Below are positions 13,366-23,984 of a stretch of DNA of 64,000 nt, piece by piece. The stretch is from assembly GCF_003334385.1 (NCBI RefSeq), contig NZ_QOWN01000018.1. One strand, 5' to 3'. Position numbers and translations under genes: made by a program. The stretch's first letter is position 1. Every line of letters starts with the position of its first letter. The stretch comes from Escherichia coli. Its GTDB lineage: Bacteria > Pseudomonadota > Gammaproteobacteria > Enterobacterales > Enterobacteriaceae. Under the pieces are notes generated by a model. That model searched no databases. It had not been told where the DNA came from and saw nothing but the letters and a program-made list of their open reading frames with translations.

Positions 13366-13782
13366 TCAGATCGAAATCTTTTTACCGCCGCGATGGGTTG
13401 TTGAGGTCTGACCGTTCGCCCCATATAGCGTCGGTTCCTGATGCGGTTTCAACATTTCCAGCGCCTGTTGATTGCGCTCAATCTGTCCTTCCAGTAACCA
13501 GCCGTTATGTTGATTCATTTGGCGTAGTTGCTGCGTTTTCACAGTAATTTCCTGCCAGCGTTGACTAATATCAACGCTATTTGCTGTATTGGGTTCTTTC
13601 CTGCGTAACTGTTCGAGGTAATCCAGCGTCGCCAGCAGTGAGCTTTTTTGTTCTGTAATCCATTGCAACTGGCTGCCGTTGATCTGCCCCATAGAGAGAT
13701 GTTGCTGCTCTTGATCCATTACCGTTTTGAGATCGTTAAGCACAGCGGACATCTGGTCGAGGATCTCTGCAAGACGTGTCAT
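13366..13782 (-). CDS. flgN: Flagellar export chaperone for FlgK/FlgL
   Basis: ORF track 138 aa. Confidence 0.9.
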   Translation of the reverse strand: MTRLAEILDQMSAVLNDLKTVMDQEQQHLSMGQINGSQLQWITEQKSSLLATLDYLEQLRRKEPNTANSVDISQRWQEITVKTQQLRQMNQHNGWLLEGQIERNQQALEMLKPHQEPTLYGANGQTSTTHRGGKKISI

Positions 13783-13786
13783 ACGA

Positions 13787-14080
13787 TCAGTTACTCTGCA
13801 AGTCTTGCTGCGCTTCGTTGATCAGCGCATCGGCAATTTTGCCGGTGTCCATTTTTAGTTCACCGTTACGAATCGCCAGTTTTAACGCTTCGACACGTTC
13901 AAGATTGATATCACTGCTGCCGGGTTGCATCAGTTTTGCTTGCGCGTCGCTTAACGTCACACTGGTGCTGGTGGAGGCGGTTGTTTTTGCCGCCCGGCTG
14001 TTCGTTACCGGCGCGTCAGTGGTTTCGCGCGGTTGAACGGTGCTTACAGGCTTCAGAGGCGAAGTGCGATCAATACTCAT
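13787..14080 (-). CDS. flgM: Anti-sigma-28 factor
   Basis: ORF track 97 aa. Confidence 0.9.
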   Translation of the reverse strand: MSIDRTSPLKPVSTVQPRETTDAPVTNSRAAKTTASTSTSVTLSDAQAKLMQPGSSDINLERVEALKLAIRNGELKMDTGKIADALINEAQQDLQSN

Positions 14081-14123
14081 GGTTTATTCCTCATTGAGGG
14101 CGCTTTTATCATGTGTTGCTTAT

Positions 14124-14150
14124 TTATCGGCAAGGGACGGGTAATCTTTA
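14124..14150 (-). promoter_or_regulatory. Sigma-28 (FliA) class 3 promoter for flgMN
   Basis: Minus strand reads TAAAGATT-N11-GCCGATAA, close to consensus TAAAGTTT-N11-GCCGATAA; in the 75-bp gap between the flgA stop and the flgM start. Confidence 0.8.
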
Positions 14151-14155
14151 ACAGC

Positions 14156-14815
14156 TTACAGGTTTATAAGAATATTCCCATCTGCATCAACAACGCCGCT
14201 GACTACCTGTCCCGATACCATGCGCACCCGCGCATTCTGTGCGACGGCTGCATTGTTCAGCGCCTGACCTTCTGCGTTGGCGCTAAACCCATCACCGCTG
14301 GCGATCACATTGACGCGTTGTCCCGCTTTTACCCGCCATGCCTGGCGAAACTGGGTTAACTGGATAGGTTGATCGGGTGATAGATCGCGCAGGCTAATGG
14401 CATCAACAAGTTGATTGATATCCAGCACCGTACGCGGTGGCAGGGTATCCAGCCGTCCGCGTTTCAGTTTGACATTGCCAGCTTCCAGCTTTCCTCCCCG
14501 CGCAATGGGCATCGCGGCAACCACATAATTTCCTGTGGCCTGTACATTAACCTGTAAATATCGTTTGTCGTTACCGCAGCGTGCCAACACATTCACATTG
14601 CCCCACAGGCGGGAATTATTGCTCATCGAAAGCAATGGCTGCTCGCATGGCGGTAGTAGATTGGGCGCTGTACGAATAGAAACACGAACCTCATCACTTA
14701 CCCCCGCGAGTTGGGCGCTAAAAAAGTTGTGCAATTGCGATGTGAGATTGCTCGCCGTACTTAACGGACTGAACAGTATCGCGATGATCGCCACGCTACG
14801 TTTTATTATCAGCAT
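14156..14815 (-). CDS. flgA: Flagellar P-ring assembly chaperone
   Basis: ORF track 219 aa with signal peptide. Confidence 0.9.
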   Translation of the reverse strand: MLIIKRSVAIIAILFSPLSTASNLTSQLHNFFSAQLAGVSDEVRVSIRTAPNLLPPCEQPLLSMSNNSRLWGNVNVLARCGNDKRYLQVNVQATGNYVVAAMPIARGGKLEAGNVKLKRGRLDTLPPRTVLDINQLVDAISLRDLSPDQPIQLTQFRQAWRVKAGQRVNVIASGDGFSANAEGQALNNAAVAQNARVRMVSGQVVSGVVDADGNILINL

Positions 14816-14969
14816 TTTCGCCCCCAGCCATTTCTACAACGTGAATTGTACCTGTCCGCAATGACCATCAACGGCATAAATAGCGACCCATTTTGCGTTT
14901 ATTCCGCCGATAACGCGCGCGTAAAGGCATTTAAGCTGATGGCAGAATTTTGATACCTGCGGAGGAGAT
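14816..14969. promoter_or_regulatory. Divergent flgA / flgB class 2 promoter region with candidate FlhD4C2 box elements
   Basis: 154-bp divergent intergenic region; AAATAGCG (14878-14885) and GATAACG (14909-14915) resemble FlhDC box half-sites as recalled. Confidence 0.5.
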
Positions 14970-15386
14970 ATGCTCGATAAGCTCGACGCCGCCTTACGTT
15001 TTCAACAAGAGGCGCTCAATCTGCGCGCCCAGCGTCAGGAAGTGCTGGCAGCAAACATCGCCAATGCCGATACCCCTGGTTATCAGGCGCGCGATATCGA
15101 TTTTGCCAGTGAACTTAAAAAAGTCATGCAACGTGGACGGGATGCAACCAGTGTGGTTGCACTGACGATGACCTCAACGCAACACATTCCGGCGCAGGCG
15201 CTGACGCCTCCTACCGCAGAACTGCAATACCGTATTCCGGACCAGCCTTCGCTTGACGGTAATACCGTCGATATGGATCGCGAACGCACCCAGTTTGCCG
15301 ATAACAGCCTGCAATACCAGATGAGCCTTAGCGCGTTGAGCGGGCAAATCAAAGGCATGATGAACGTTTTACAGAGCGGAAATTAA
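14970..15386 (+). CDS. flgB: Flagellar basal-body rod protein FlgB
   Basis: ORF track 138 aa. Confidence 0.95.
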
Positions 15387-15389
15387 CGG

Positions 15390-15794
15390 ATGGCACTGCT
15401 GAATATTTTTGATATCGCCGGGTCGGCGTTAACTGCCCAGTCCCAGCGCCTGAACGTGGCGGCCAGTAATCTGGCGAATGCTGATAGCGTGACCGGTCCC
15501 GATGGACAGCCATATCGGGCAAAACAGGTGGTATTCCAGGTTAACGCTGCACCAGGTGCTGCGACAGGCGGCGTAAAGGTTGCCGATGTTATAGAAAGTC
15601 AGGCCCCGGACAAACTGGTTTATGAACCGGGTAATCCGCTGGCAGATGCAAAGGGCTACGTAAAAATGCCGAACGTTGATGTTGTCGGAGAGATGGTTAA
15701 CACCATGTCGGCGTCACGCAGCTATCAGGCCAATGTTGAAGTGCTCAACACGGTGAAAAGCATGATGCTGAAAACCCTTACGCTCGGTCAATAA
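15390..15794 (+). CDS. flgC: Flagellar basal-body rod protein FlgC
   Basis: ORF track 134 aa. Confidence 0.95.
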
Positions 15795-15805
15795 AGGAGA
15801 AAGCT

Positions 15806-16501
15806 ATGTCCATTGCGGTAACCACCACCGATCCGACAAATACCGGCGTCAGTACCACCAGCAGTAGTTCGCTCACGGGCAGCAACGCCGCAGATTTACA
15901 AAGCAGTTTTCTGACTTTGCTGGTGGCGCAGCTGAAAAACCAGGACCCGACCAATCCAATGGAAAACAACGAGCTGACGTCGCAATTGGCACAAATCAGC
16001 ACGGTCAGCGGGATTGAAAAACTCAATACCACGCTCGGATCTATTTCCGGACAGATTGATAACAGCCAGTCGTTACAGGCCAGTAACCTGATCGGTCACG
16101 GCGTGATGATCCCCGGCACCACTGTTCTTGCGGGAACCGGCAGTGAAGAAGGGGCTGTGACCACGACCACGCCGTTTGGTGTTGAGCTGCAACAGGCGGC
16201 AGACAAAGTTACGGCCACCATCACCGATAAAAATGGCGCGGTTGTGCGCACCATTGATATTGGTGAACTGACCGCCGGAGTTCACAGTTTCACCTGGGAC
16301 GGTACGTTGACTGATGGCAGCACTGCGCCGAACGGTTCTTACAATGTAGCGATTAGCGCCAGTAACGGTGGTACACAACTGGTTGCCCAGCCGCTGCAGT
16401 TTGCTCTGGTGCAGGGTGTGATCCGCGGCAACAGCGGTAATACGCTGGATCTCGGCACTTACGGCACCACCACCCTCGACGAAGTACGGCAGATAATTTA
16501 A
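15806..16501 (+). CDS. flgD: Flagellar hook capping/assembly protein FlgD
   Basis: ORF track 231 aa. Confidence 0.95.
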   Translation: MSIAVTTTDPTNTGVSTTSSSSLTGSNAADLQSSFLTLLVAQLKNQDPTNPMENNELTSQLAQISTVSGIEKLNTTLGSISGQIDNSQSLQASNLIGHGVMIPGTTVLAGTGSEEGAVTTTTPFGVELQQAADKVTATITDKNGAVVRTIDIGELTAGVHSFTWDGTLTDGSTAPNGSYNVAISASNGGTQLVAQPLQFALVQGVIRGNSGNTLDLGTYGTTTLDEVRQII

Positions 16502-16525
16502 GCCTTCACATTTCAGGAGTCAGTC

Positions 16526-17734
16526 ATGGCCTTTTCTCAAGCGGTTAGCGGATTAAACGCTGCCGCCACCAACCTCGATGTTATTGGCAACAATATCGCC
16601 AACTCCGCCACCTACGGCTTTAAATCAGGCACGGCCTCTTTTGCCGATATGTTTGCCGGTTCGAAAGTGGGACTGGGGGTAAAAGTTGCCGGTATCACTC
16701 AGGACTTTACCGATGGCACGACCACCAACACCGGGCGAGGTCTGGACGTTGCTATCAGCCAGAACGGTTTTTTCCGTCTGGTAGACAGCAACGGTTCGGT
16801 GTTCTACAGCCGTAACGGACAATTTAAGCTGGATGAAAACCGTAACCTGGTGAATATGCAAGGTTTACAGCTGACGGGTTACCCGGCAACCGGTACGCCG
16901 CCGACTATTCAGCAAGGGGCGAATCCGACCAATATTTCGATCCCGAATACCCTGATGGCAGCGAAAACTACCACCACGGCATCGATGCAGATCAACCTGA
17001 ATTCCAGTGATCCGCTTCCTACTGTTACGCCATTCAGCGCCAGCAATGCGGATAGCTATAACAAAAAAGGTTCGGTGACTGTTTTCGACAGTCAGGGTAA
17101 TGCTCATGACATGAGCGTCTACTTTGTGAAGACCGGGGATAATAACTGGCAGGTCTACACCCAGGATAGCAGTGATCCAAACAGCATTGCGAAGACAGCG
17201 ACAACACTGGAATTTAATGCTAATGGCACATTAGTGGATGGTGCGATGGCGAATAATATCGCAACCGGCGCAATTAACGGTGCAGAACCCGCCACGTTTA
17301 GTCTGAGCTTCCTCAACTCCATGCAGCAAAATACCGGCGCTAACAATATTGTGGCAACCACCCAGAACGGCTACAAACCGGGCGATCTGGTGAGTTATCA
17401 AATCAATGATGACGGTACGGTTGTCGGCAACTATTCCAACGAACAAACCCAACTGCTGGGGCAGATTGTACTGGCGAACTTTGCCAACAACGAAGGTCTG
17501 GCATCCGAAGGCGACAACGTCTGGTCTGCGACGCAATCTTCTGGCGTGGCGCTGTTGGGGACAGCCGGGACGGGAAACTTTGGCACCCTGACCAACGGTG
17601 CGCTGGAAGCGTCCAACGTCGATCTCAGTAAAGAACTGGTCAATATGATCGTTGCCCAGCGTAACTATCAGTCTAACGCCCAGACCATCAAAACCCAGGA
17701 CCAGATCCTCAACACGCTGGTTAACTTACGCTAA
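16526..17734 (+). CDS. flgE: Flagellar hook protein FlgE
   Basis: ORF track 402 aa. Confidence 0.95.
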   Translation: MAFSQAVSGLNAAATNLDVIGNNIANSATYGFKSGTASFADMFAGSKVGLGVKVAGITQDFTDGTTTNTGRGLDVAISQNGFFRLVDSNGSVFYSRNGQFKLDENRNLVNMQGLQLTGYPATGTPPTIQQGANPTNISIPNTLMAAKTTTTASMQINLNSSDPLPTVTPFSASNADSYNKKGSVTVFDSQGNAHDMSVYFVKTGDNNWQVYTQDSSDPNSIAKTATTLEFNANGTLVDGAMANNIATGAINGAEPATFSLSFLNSMQQNTGANNIVATTQNGYKPGDLVSYQINDDGTVVGNYSNEQTQLLGQIVLANFANNEGLASEGDNVWSATQSSGVALLGTAGTGNFGTLTNGALEASNVDLSKELVNMIVAQRNYQSNAQTIKTQDQILNTLVNLR

Positions 17735-17753
17735 TCGCTGACGGGATAGCTCA

Positions 17754-18509
17754 ATGGATCACGCAATTTATACCGCGATGGGAGCAGCCAGCCAGACACT
17801 GAATCAACAGGCGGTAACCGCCAGTAATCTGGCCAATGCCTCAACGCCCGGTTTTCGCGCGCAGTTGAATGCTTTACGCGCGGTGCCAGTGGAAGGGCTT
17901 TCTCTGCCCACGCGCACGTTGGTCACGGCGTCAACGCCGGGCGCAGATATGACGCCCGGCAAAATGGATTACACCTCGCGCCCGCTGGACGTCGCGTTGC
18001 AGCAGGATGGCTGGCTGGCCGTGCAGACCGCTGACGGCAGCGAAGGGTATACGCGTAATGGCAGCATTCAGGTTGATCCCACCGGGCAACTGACAATTCA
18101 GGGGCATCCGGTGATAGGCGAGGCTGGGCCAATTGCTGTGCCGGAAGGGGCGGAAATCACTATTGCTGCCGATGGCACAATCTCGGCGCTCAATCCGGGC
18201 GATCCGGCAAATACGGTTGCGCCAGTAGGGCGTCTTAAACTGGTGAAAGCCACGGGCAGCGAAGTGCAGCGCGGTGACGACGGCATTTTTCGTTTAAGCG
18301 CAGAAACCCAGGCCACGCGTGGGCCGGTACTGCAGGCAGATCCAACCTTGCGTGTGATGTCGGGGGTTCTGGAAGGCAGTAACGTCAATGCCGTTGCGGC
18401 AATGAGCGACATGATTGCCAGCGCGCGGCGTTTTGAAATGCAGATGAAGGTGATCAGCAGCGTCGATGATAACGCAGGCCGTGCCAACCAACTGCTGTCG
18501 ATGAGTTAA
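17754..18509 (+). CDS. flgF: Flagellar proximal rod protein FlgF
   Basis: ORF track 251 aa. Confidence 0.95.
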   Translation: MDHAIYTAMGAASQTLNQQAVTASNLANASTPGFRAQLNALRAVPVEGLSLPTRTLVTASTPGADMTPGKMDYTSRPLDVALQQDGWLAVQTADGSEGYTRNGSIQVDPTGQLTIQGHPVIGEAGPIAVPEGAEITIAADGTISALNPGDPANTVAPVGRLKLVKATGSEVQRGDDGIFRLSAETQATRGPVLQADPTLRVMSGVLEGSNVNAVAAMSDMIASARRFEMQMKVISSVDDNAGRANQLLSMS

Positions 18510-18601
18510 TTGAAAGGATACATGACAAGTATAAGTTGCCCGATGCGCAAGTTTATCGGGTCTATGGGGGCAATCGCAATTTATCGATTTTGCGAGCACT
18601 T

Positions 18602-18635
<34 letters not shown>

Positions 18636-18662
18636 AAGAAGACATATGCACTTTGTCACTAA

Positions 18663-19463
<801 letters not shown>

Positions 19464-19515
19464 GGCTTAACCGGTGGCAGGTTCACCGGTTTACTGATTT
19501 TTGAAGATGATAGCC

Positions 19516-20214
19516 ATGCAAAAAAACGCTGCGCATACTTATGCCATTTCCAGCTTGTTGGTGCTTTCACTAACCGGCTGCGCCTGGATACCCTCCACGC
19601 CGCTGGTGCAGGGGGCGACCAGTGCACAACCGGTTCCCGGTCCGACGCCCGTCGCCAACGGTTCTATTTTCCAGTCTGCTCAGCCGATTAACTATGGCTA
19701 TCAACCGCTGTTTGAAGATCGTCGACCACGCAATATTGGCGATACGCTGACCATCGTGTTGCAGGAGAACGTCAGCGCCAGCAAAAGCTCCTCTGCGAAT
19801 GCCAGCCGTGACGGTAAAACTAATTTTGGCTTTGATACTGTGCCGCGCTATTTGCAGGGGCTGTTTGGTAACGCTCGTGCCGATGTCGAAGCCTCCGGTG
19901 GTAACACGTTCAACGGAAAGGGCGGGGCCAATGCCAGCAATACCTTTAGCGGCACGTTGACGGTGACGGTTGACCAGGTACTGGTCAACGGCAACCTGCA
20001 TGTGGTGGGTGAAAAACAGATTGCCATTAATCAGGGTACCGAATTTATTCGCTTCTCTGGCGTGGTTAATCCACGCACTATCAGCGGCAGCAATACCGTA
20101 CCGTCTACTCAGGTGGCGGATGCGCGCATTGAATACGTAGGCAATGGCTACATTAACGAAGCGCAAAATATGGGCTGGTTGCAGCGTTTCTTCCTTAACC
20201 TGTCGCCAATGTAA
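19516..20214 (+). CDS. flgH: Flagellar L-ring lipoprotein FlgH
   Basis: ORF track 19501..20214; start placed at ATG 19516 ([22 protein letters not shown] lipobox), 232 aa. Confidence 0.9.
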
Positions 20215-20225
20215 GTGAGGCTGTG

Positions 20226-21323
20226 GTGATTAAATTTCTCTCTGCATTAATTCTTCTACTGGTCACGACGGCGGCTCAGGCTGAGCGTATTCGCGATCTC
20301 ACCAGTGTTCAGGGGGTAAGGCAAAACTCACTGATTGGCTATGGTCTGGTGGTGGGGCTGGATGGCACCGGTGACCAGACAACCCAGACGCCGTTTACCA
20401 CACAAACGCTTAATAACATGCTCTCACAGCTGGGAATTACCGTTCCGACGGGCACCAATATGCAGCTAAAAAACGTCGCTGCGGTAATGGTGACAGCGTC
20501 ACTTCCTCCGTTTGGACGTCAGGGGCAAACCATCGATGTGGTGGTTTCTTCCATGGGAAATGCCAAAAGCTTGCGTGGAGGTACGTTGTTGATGACACCG
20601 CTTAAGGGCGTTGACAGTCAGGTGTATGCGCTGGCGCAGGGCAATATTCTGGTTGGCGGCGCAGGAGCCTCCGCTGGCGGTAGCAGTGTTCAGGTTAACC
20701 AACTGAACGGTGGACGGATCACCAATGGTGCGGTTATTGAACGTGAATTGCCCAGCCAGTTTGGCGTCGGGAATACCCTTAATTTGCAACTTAACGACGA
20801 AGATTTCAGCATGGCGCAGCAAATCGCTGACACCATCAACCGCGTGCGTGGATATGGCAGCGCCACCGCGTTAGATGCGCGGACTATTCAGGTGCGCGTA
20901 CCGAGTGGCAACAGTTCCCAGGTCCGCTTCCTTGCCGATATTCAGAATATGCAGGTTAATGTCACCCCGCAGGACGCTAAAGTAGTGATTAACTCGCGCA
21001 CCGGTTCGGTGGTGATGAATCGCGAAGTGACCCTCGACAGCTGCGCGGTAGCGCAGGGGAATCTCTCAGTAACAGTTAATCGTCAGGCCAATGTCAGCCA
21101 GCCAGATACACCGTTTGGTGGTGGACAGACTGTGGTTACTCCACAAACGCAGATCGATTTACGCCAGAGCGGCGGTTCGCTGCAAAGCGTACGTTCCAGC
21201 GCCAGCCTCAATAACGTGGTGCGCGCGCTCAATGCGCTGGGCGCTACGCCGATGGATCTGATGTCCATACTGCAATCAATGCAAAGTGCGGGATGTCTGC
21301 GGGCAAAACTGGAAATCATCTGA
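20226..21323 (+). CDS. flgI: Flagellar P-ring protein FlgI
   Basis: ORF track 20223..21323; start placed at second GTG 20226 ([19 protein letters not shown] signal), 365 aa. Confidence 0.9.
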
Positions 21324-22264
21324 TGATCAGCGACAGCAAACTACTGGCAAGTGCGGCCTGGGATGCGCAATCACTCAACGAACTAAAGGCGAAAGCGGGC
21401 GAAGATCCGGCGGCAAATATCCGTCCGGTGGCCCGTCAGGTGGAAGGGATGTTCGTGCAGATGATGTTGAAAAGCATGCGCGACGCTTTACCAAAAGATG
21501 GCCTGTTCAGCAGCGAGCACACTCGCCTGTATACCAGTATGTATGACCAGCAGATTGCCCAACAGATGACGGCGGGCAAAGGTCTGGGGCTTGCAGAGAT
21601 GATGGTTAAACAGATGACGCCAGAACAACCATTGCCAGAGGAGTCCACGCCAGCAGCACCGATGAAATTCCCGCTCGAAACTGTGGTGCGTTATCAAAAT
21701 CAGGCGCTTTCGCAGCTGGTGCAAAAGGCCGTGCCACGTAACTACGATGATTCGCTGCCGGGTGACAGTAAAGAATTCCTCGCGCAACTCTCGCTGCCCG
21801 CCCAACTGGCAAGCCAGCAAAGCGGTGTGCCACATCATTTGATCCTCGCTCAGGCGGCACTGGAATCTGGTTGGGGGCAACGGCAAATCCGCCGCGAAAA
21901 CGGCGAGCCGAGCTATAACCTGTTTGGTGTCAAAGCCTCTGGCAACTGGAAAGGGCCAGTTACTGAAATCACCACGACTGAATATGAAAACGGCGAAGCG
22001 AAGAAAGTAAAAGCGAAGTTTCGCGTCTACAGCTCGTATCTGGAAGCCTTGTCGGATTACGTTGGGCTGTTAACGCGTAACCCGCGCTACGCCGCCGTGA
22101 CGACCGCCGCGAGTGCGGAACAGGGGGCGCAGGCCCTACAGGACGCGGGCTATGCCACCGATCCTCACTATGCCCGCAAACTCACCAACATGATTCAGCA
22201 GATGAAATCGATAAGCGACAAGGTGAGCAAAACCTACAGTATGAACATTGATAATCTGTTCTGA
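21323..22264 (+). CDS. flgJ: Flagellar rod-assembly protein / peptidoglycan hydrolase FlgJ
   Basis: ORF track 21293..22264; start placed at ATG 21323 ([16 protein letters not shown]...), 313 aa; ATG overlaps the flgI TGA by 1 nt. Confidence 0.9.
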   Translation: MISDSKLLASAAWDAQSLNELKAKAGEDPAANIRPVARQVEGMFVQMMLKSMRDALPKDGLFSSEHTRLYTSMYDQQIAQQMTAGKGLGLAEMMVKQMTPEQPLPEESTPAAPMKFPLETVVRYQNQALSQLVQKAVPRNYDDSLPGDSKEFLAQLSLPAQLASQQSGVPHHLILAQAALESGWGQRQIRRENGEPSYNLFGVKASGNWKGPVTEITTTEYENGEAKKVKAKFRVYSSYLEALSDYVGLLTRNPRYAAVTTAASAEQGAQALQDAGYATDPHYARKLTNMIQQMKSISDKVSKTYSMNIDNLF

Positions 22265-22269
22265 ATAAC

Positions 22270-22296
22270 TCAAGTCCGGCGGGTCGCTGCCGATAA
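22270..22296 (+). promoter_or_regulatory. Sigma-28 (FliA) class 3 promoter for flgKL
   Basis: TCAAGTCC-N11-GCCGATAA; perfect -10 element, 5 of 8 matches in the -35; 34 bp upstream of the flgK ATG. Confidence 0.7.
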
Positions 22297-22329
22297 TACT
22301 CTGTAATTGAAGGCTTATAAGGAACCTCC

Positions 22330-23973
22330 ATGTCCAGCTTGATTAATAACGCCATGAGCGGACTGAACGCGGCCCAGGCGGCGTTAAATACGGCAAGTAA
22401 TAATATCTCCAGCTATAACGTTGCCGGATATACCCGCCAAACCACTATTATGGCGCAGGCCAATAGCACGTTGGGCGCTGGCGGCTGGGTTGGCAATGGT
22501 GTCTACGTTTCTGGTGTGCAGCGTGAGTATGATGCGTTTATTACCAACCAGTTACGTGCGGCGCAGACGCAAAGTAGCGGTCTGACTGCCCGCTATGAGC
22601 AGATGTCGAAAATCGACAATATGCTCTCCACCAGTACCTCTTCGCTGGCAACACAGATGCAGGATTTCTTCACCAGCCTGCAAACGCTGGTGAGTAACGC
22701 GGAAGACCCGGCAGCGCGCCAGGCGCTGATTGGGAAATCAGAAGGATTGGTGAATCAGTTTAAAACCACCGATCAATATCTGCGCGACCAGGACAAACAG
22801 GTCAATATCGCGATAGGTGCCAGCGTTGATCAGATCAACAACTACGCTAAACAAATTGCCAGCCTGAACGATCAAATCTCGCGCCTGACAGGCGTGGGGG
22901 CAGGGGCGTCACCTAACAATCTGCTGGATCAACGCGATCAACTGGTGAGCGAATTAAACCAGATTGTTGGTGTAGAAGTCAGCGTTCAGGATGGCGGCAC
23001 TTATAACATCACGATGGCCAATGGTTACTCACTGGTTCAGGGAAGTACGGCGCGGCAACTGGCGGCAGTTCCTTCCAGCGCTGACCCTTCTCGTACGACT
23101 GTCGCTTATGTTGATGGGACGGCAGGCAATATTGAGATCCCGGAGAAATTACTGAATACCGGGTCGCTGGGCGGCATTCTGACATTCCGTTCTCAGGATC
23201 TGGACCAGACGCGTAATACGCTTGGACAACTGGCGCTGGCATTTGCCGAGGCTTTCAACACCCAACACAAAGCCGGATTTGATGCTAACGGCGATGCCGG
23301 TGAAGATTTCTTTGCTATCGGTAAGCCCGCGGTTCTGCAAAACACGAAAAACAAAGGTGACGTTGCGATCGGTGCCACGGTAACTGATGCCTCCGCGGTA
23401 CTGGCGACAGATTACAAAATCTCGTTCGATAATAATCAGTGGCAGGTCACCCGCCTTGCCAGCAATACCACTTTTACGGTGACGCCGGATGCCAACGGTA
23501 AAGTGGCATTTGATGGTCTGGAGTTGACGTTTACAGGAACGCCTGCCGTTAACGACAGCTTCACGCTGAAACCAGTAAGTGACGCCATCGTCAACATGGA
23601 TGTATTAATCACCGACGAAGCGAAAATAGCGATGGCGAGCGAAGAAGATGCGGGTGATAGCGATAACCGCAACGGTCAGGCCCTGCTGGATCTGCAAAGC
23701 AACAGTAAAACGGTGGGCGGTGCGAAATCCTTTAACGACGCTTATGCCTCGTTAGTGAGTGATATCGGTAATAAAACCGCGACGTTGAAAACCAGTAGCG
23801 CCACGCAAGGTAATGTGGTGACGCAGCTTTCCAATCAGCAGCAGTCGATTTCCGGTGTCAATCTCGATGAGGAGTACGGAAATCTGCAACGTTTTCAGCA
23901 GTATTACCTGGCGAATGCGCAGGTTCTGCAGACGGCAAACGCGATTTTTGATGCGCTGATTAACATTCGCTAA
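22330..23973 (+). CDS. flgK: Flagellar hook-filament junction protein 1 (HAP1)
   Basis: ORF track 547 aa. Confidence 0.95.
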   Translation: MSSLINNAMSGLNAAQAALNTASNNISSYNVAGYTRQTTIMAQANSTLGAGGWVGNGVYVSGVQREYDAFITNQLRAAQTQSSGLTARYEQMSKIDNMLSTSTSSLATQMQDFFTSLQTLVSNAEDPAARQALIGKSEGLVNQFKTTDQYLRDQDKQVNIAIGASVDQINNYAKQIASLNDQISRLTGVGAGASPNNLLDQRDQLVSELNQIVGVEVSVQDGGTYNITMANGYSLVQGSTARQLAAVPSSADPSRTTVAYVDGTAGNIEIPEKLLNTGSLGGILTFRSQDLDQTRNTLGQLALAFAEAFNTQHKAGFDANGDAGEDFFAIGKPAVLQNTKNKGDVAIGATVTDASAVLATDYKISFDNNQWQVTRLASNTTFTVTPDANGKVAFDGLELTFTGTPAVNDSFTLKPVSDAIVNMDVLITDEAKIAMASEEDAGDSDNRNGQALLDLQSNSKTVGGAKSFNDAYASLVSDIGNKTATLKTSSATQGNVVTQLSNQQQSISGVNLDEEYGNLQRFQQYYLANAQVLQTANAIFDALINIR

Positions 23974-23984
23974 GGGGAGATAAG

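Noticed and set aside
14906-14913. GCCGATAA as a sigma-28 promoter for flgB
   Set aside because: No acceptable -35 element at 11-nt spacing; better explained as part of an FlhD4C2 box in the class 2 promoter. Kept only as a low-interest finding.
19570-20166. 198-aa minus-strand ORF
   Set aside because: Antisense to flgH; shadow ORF.
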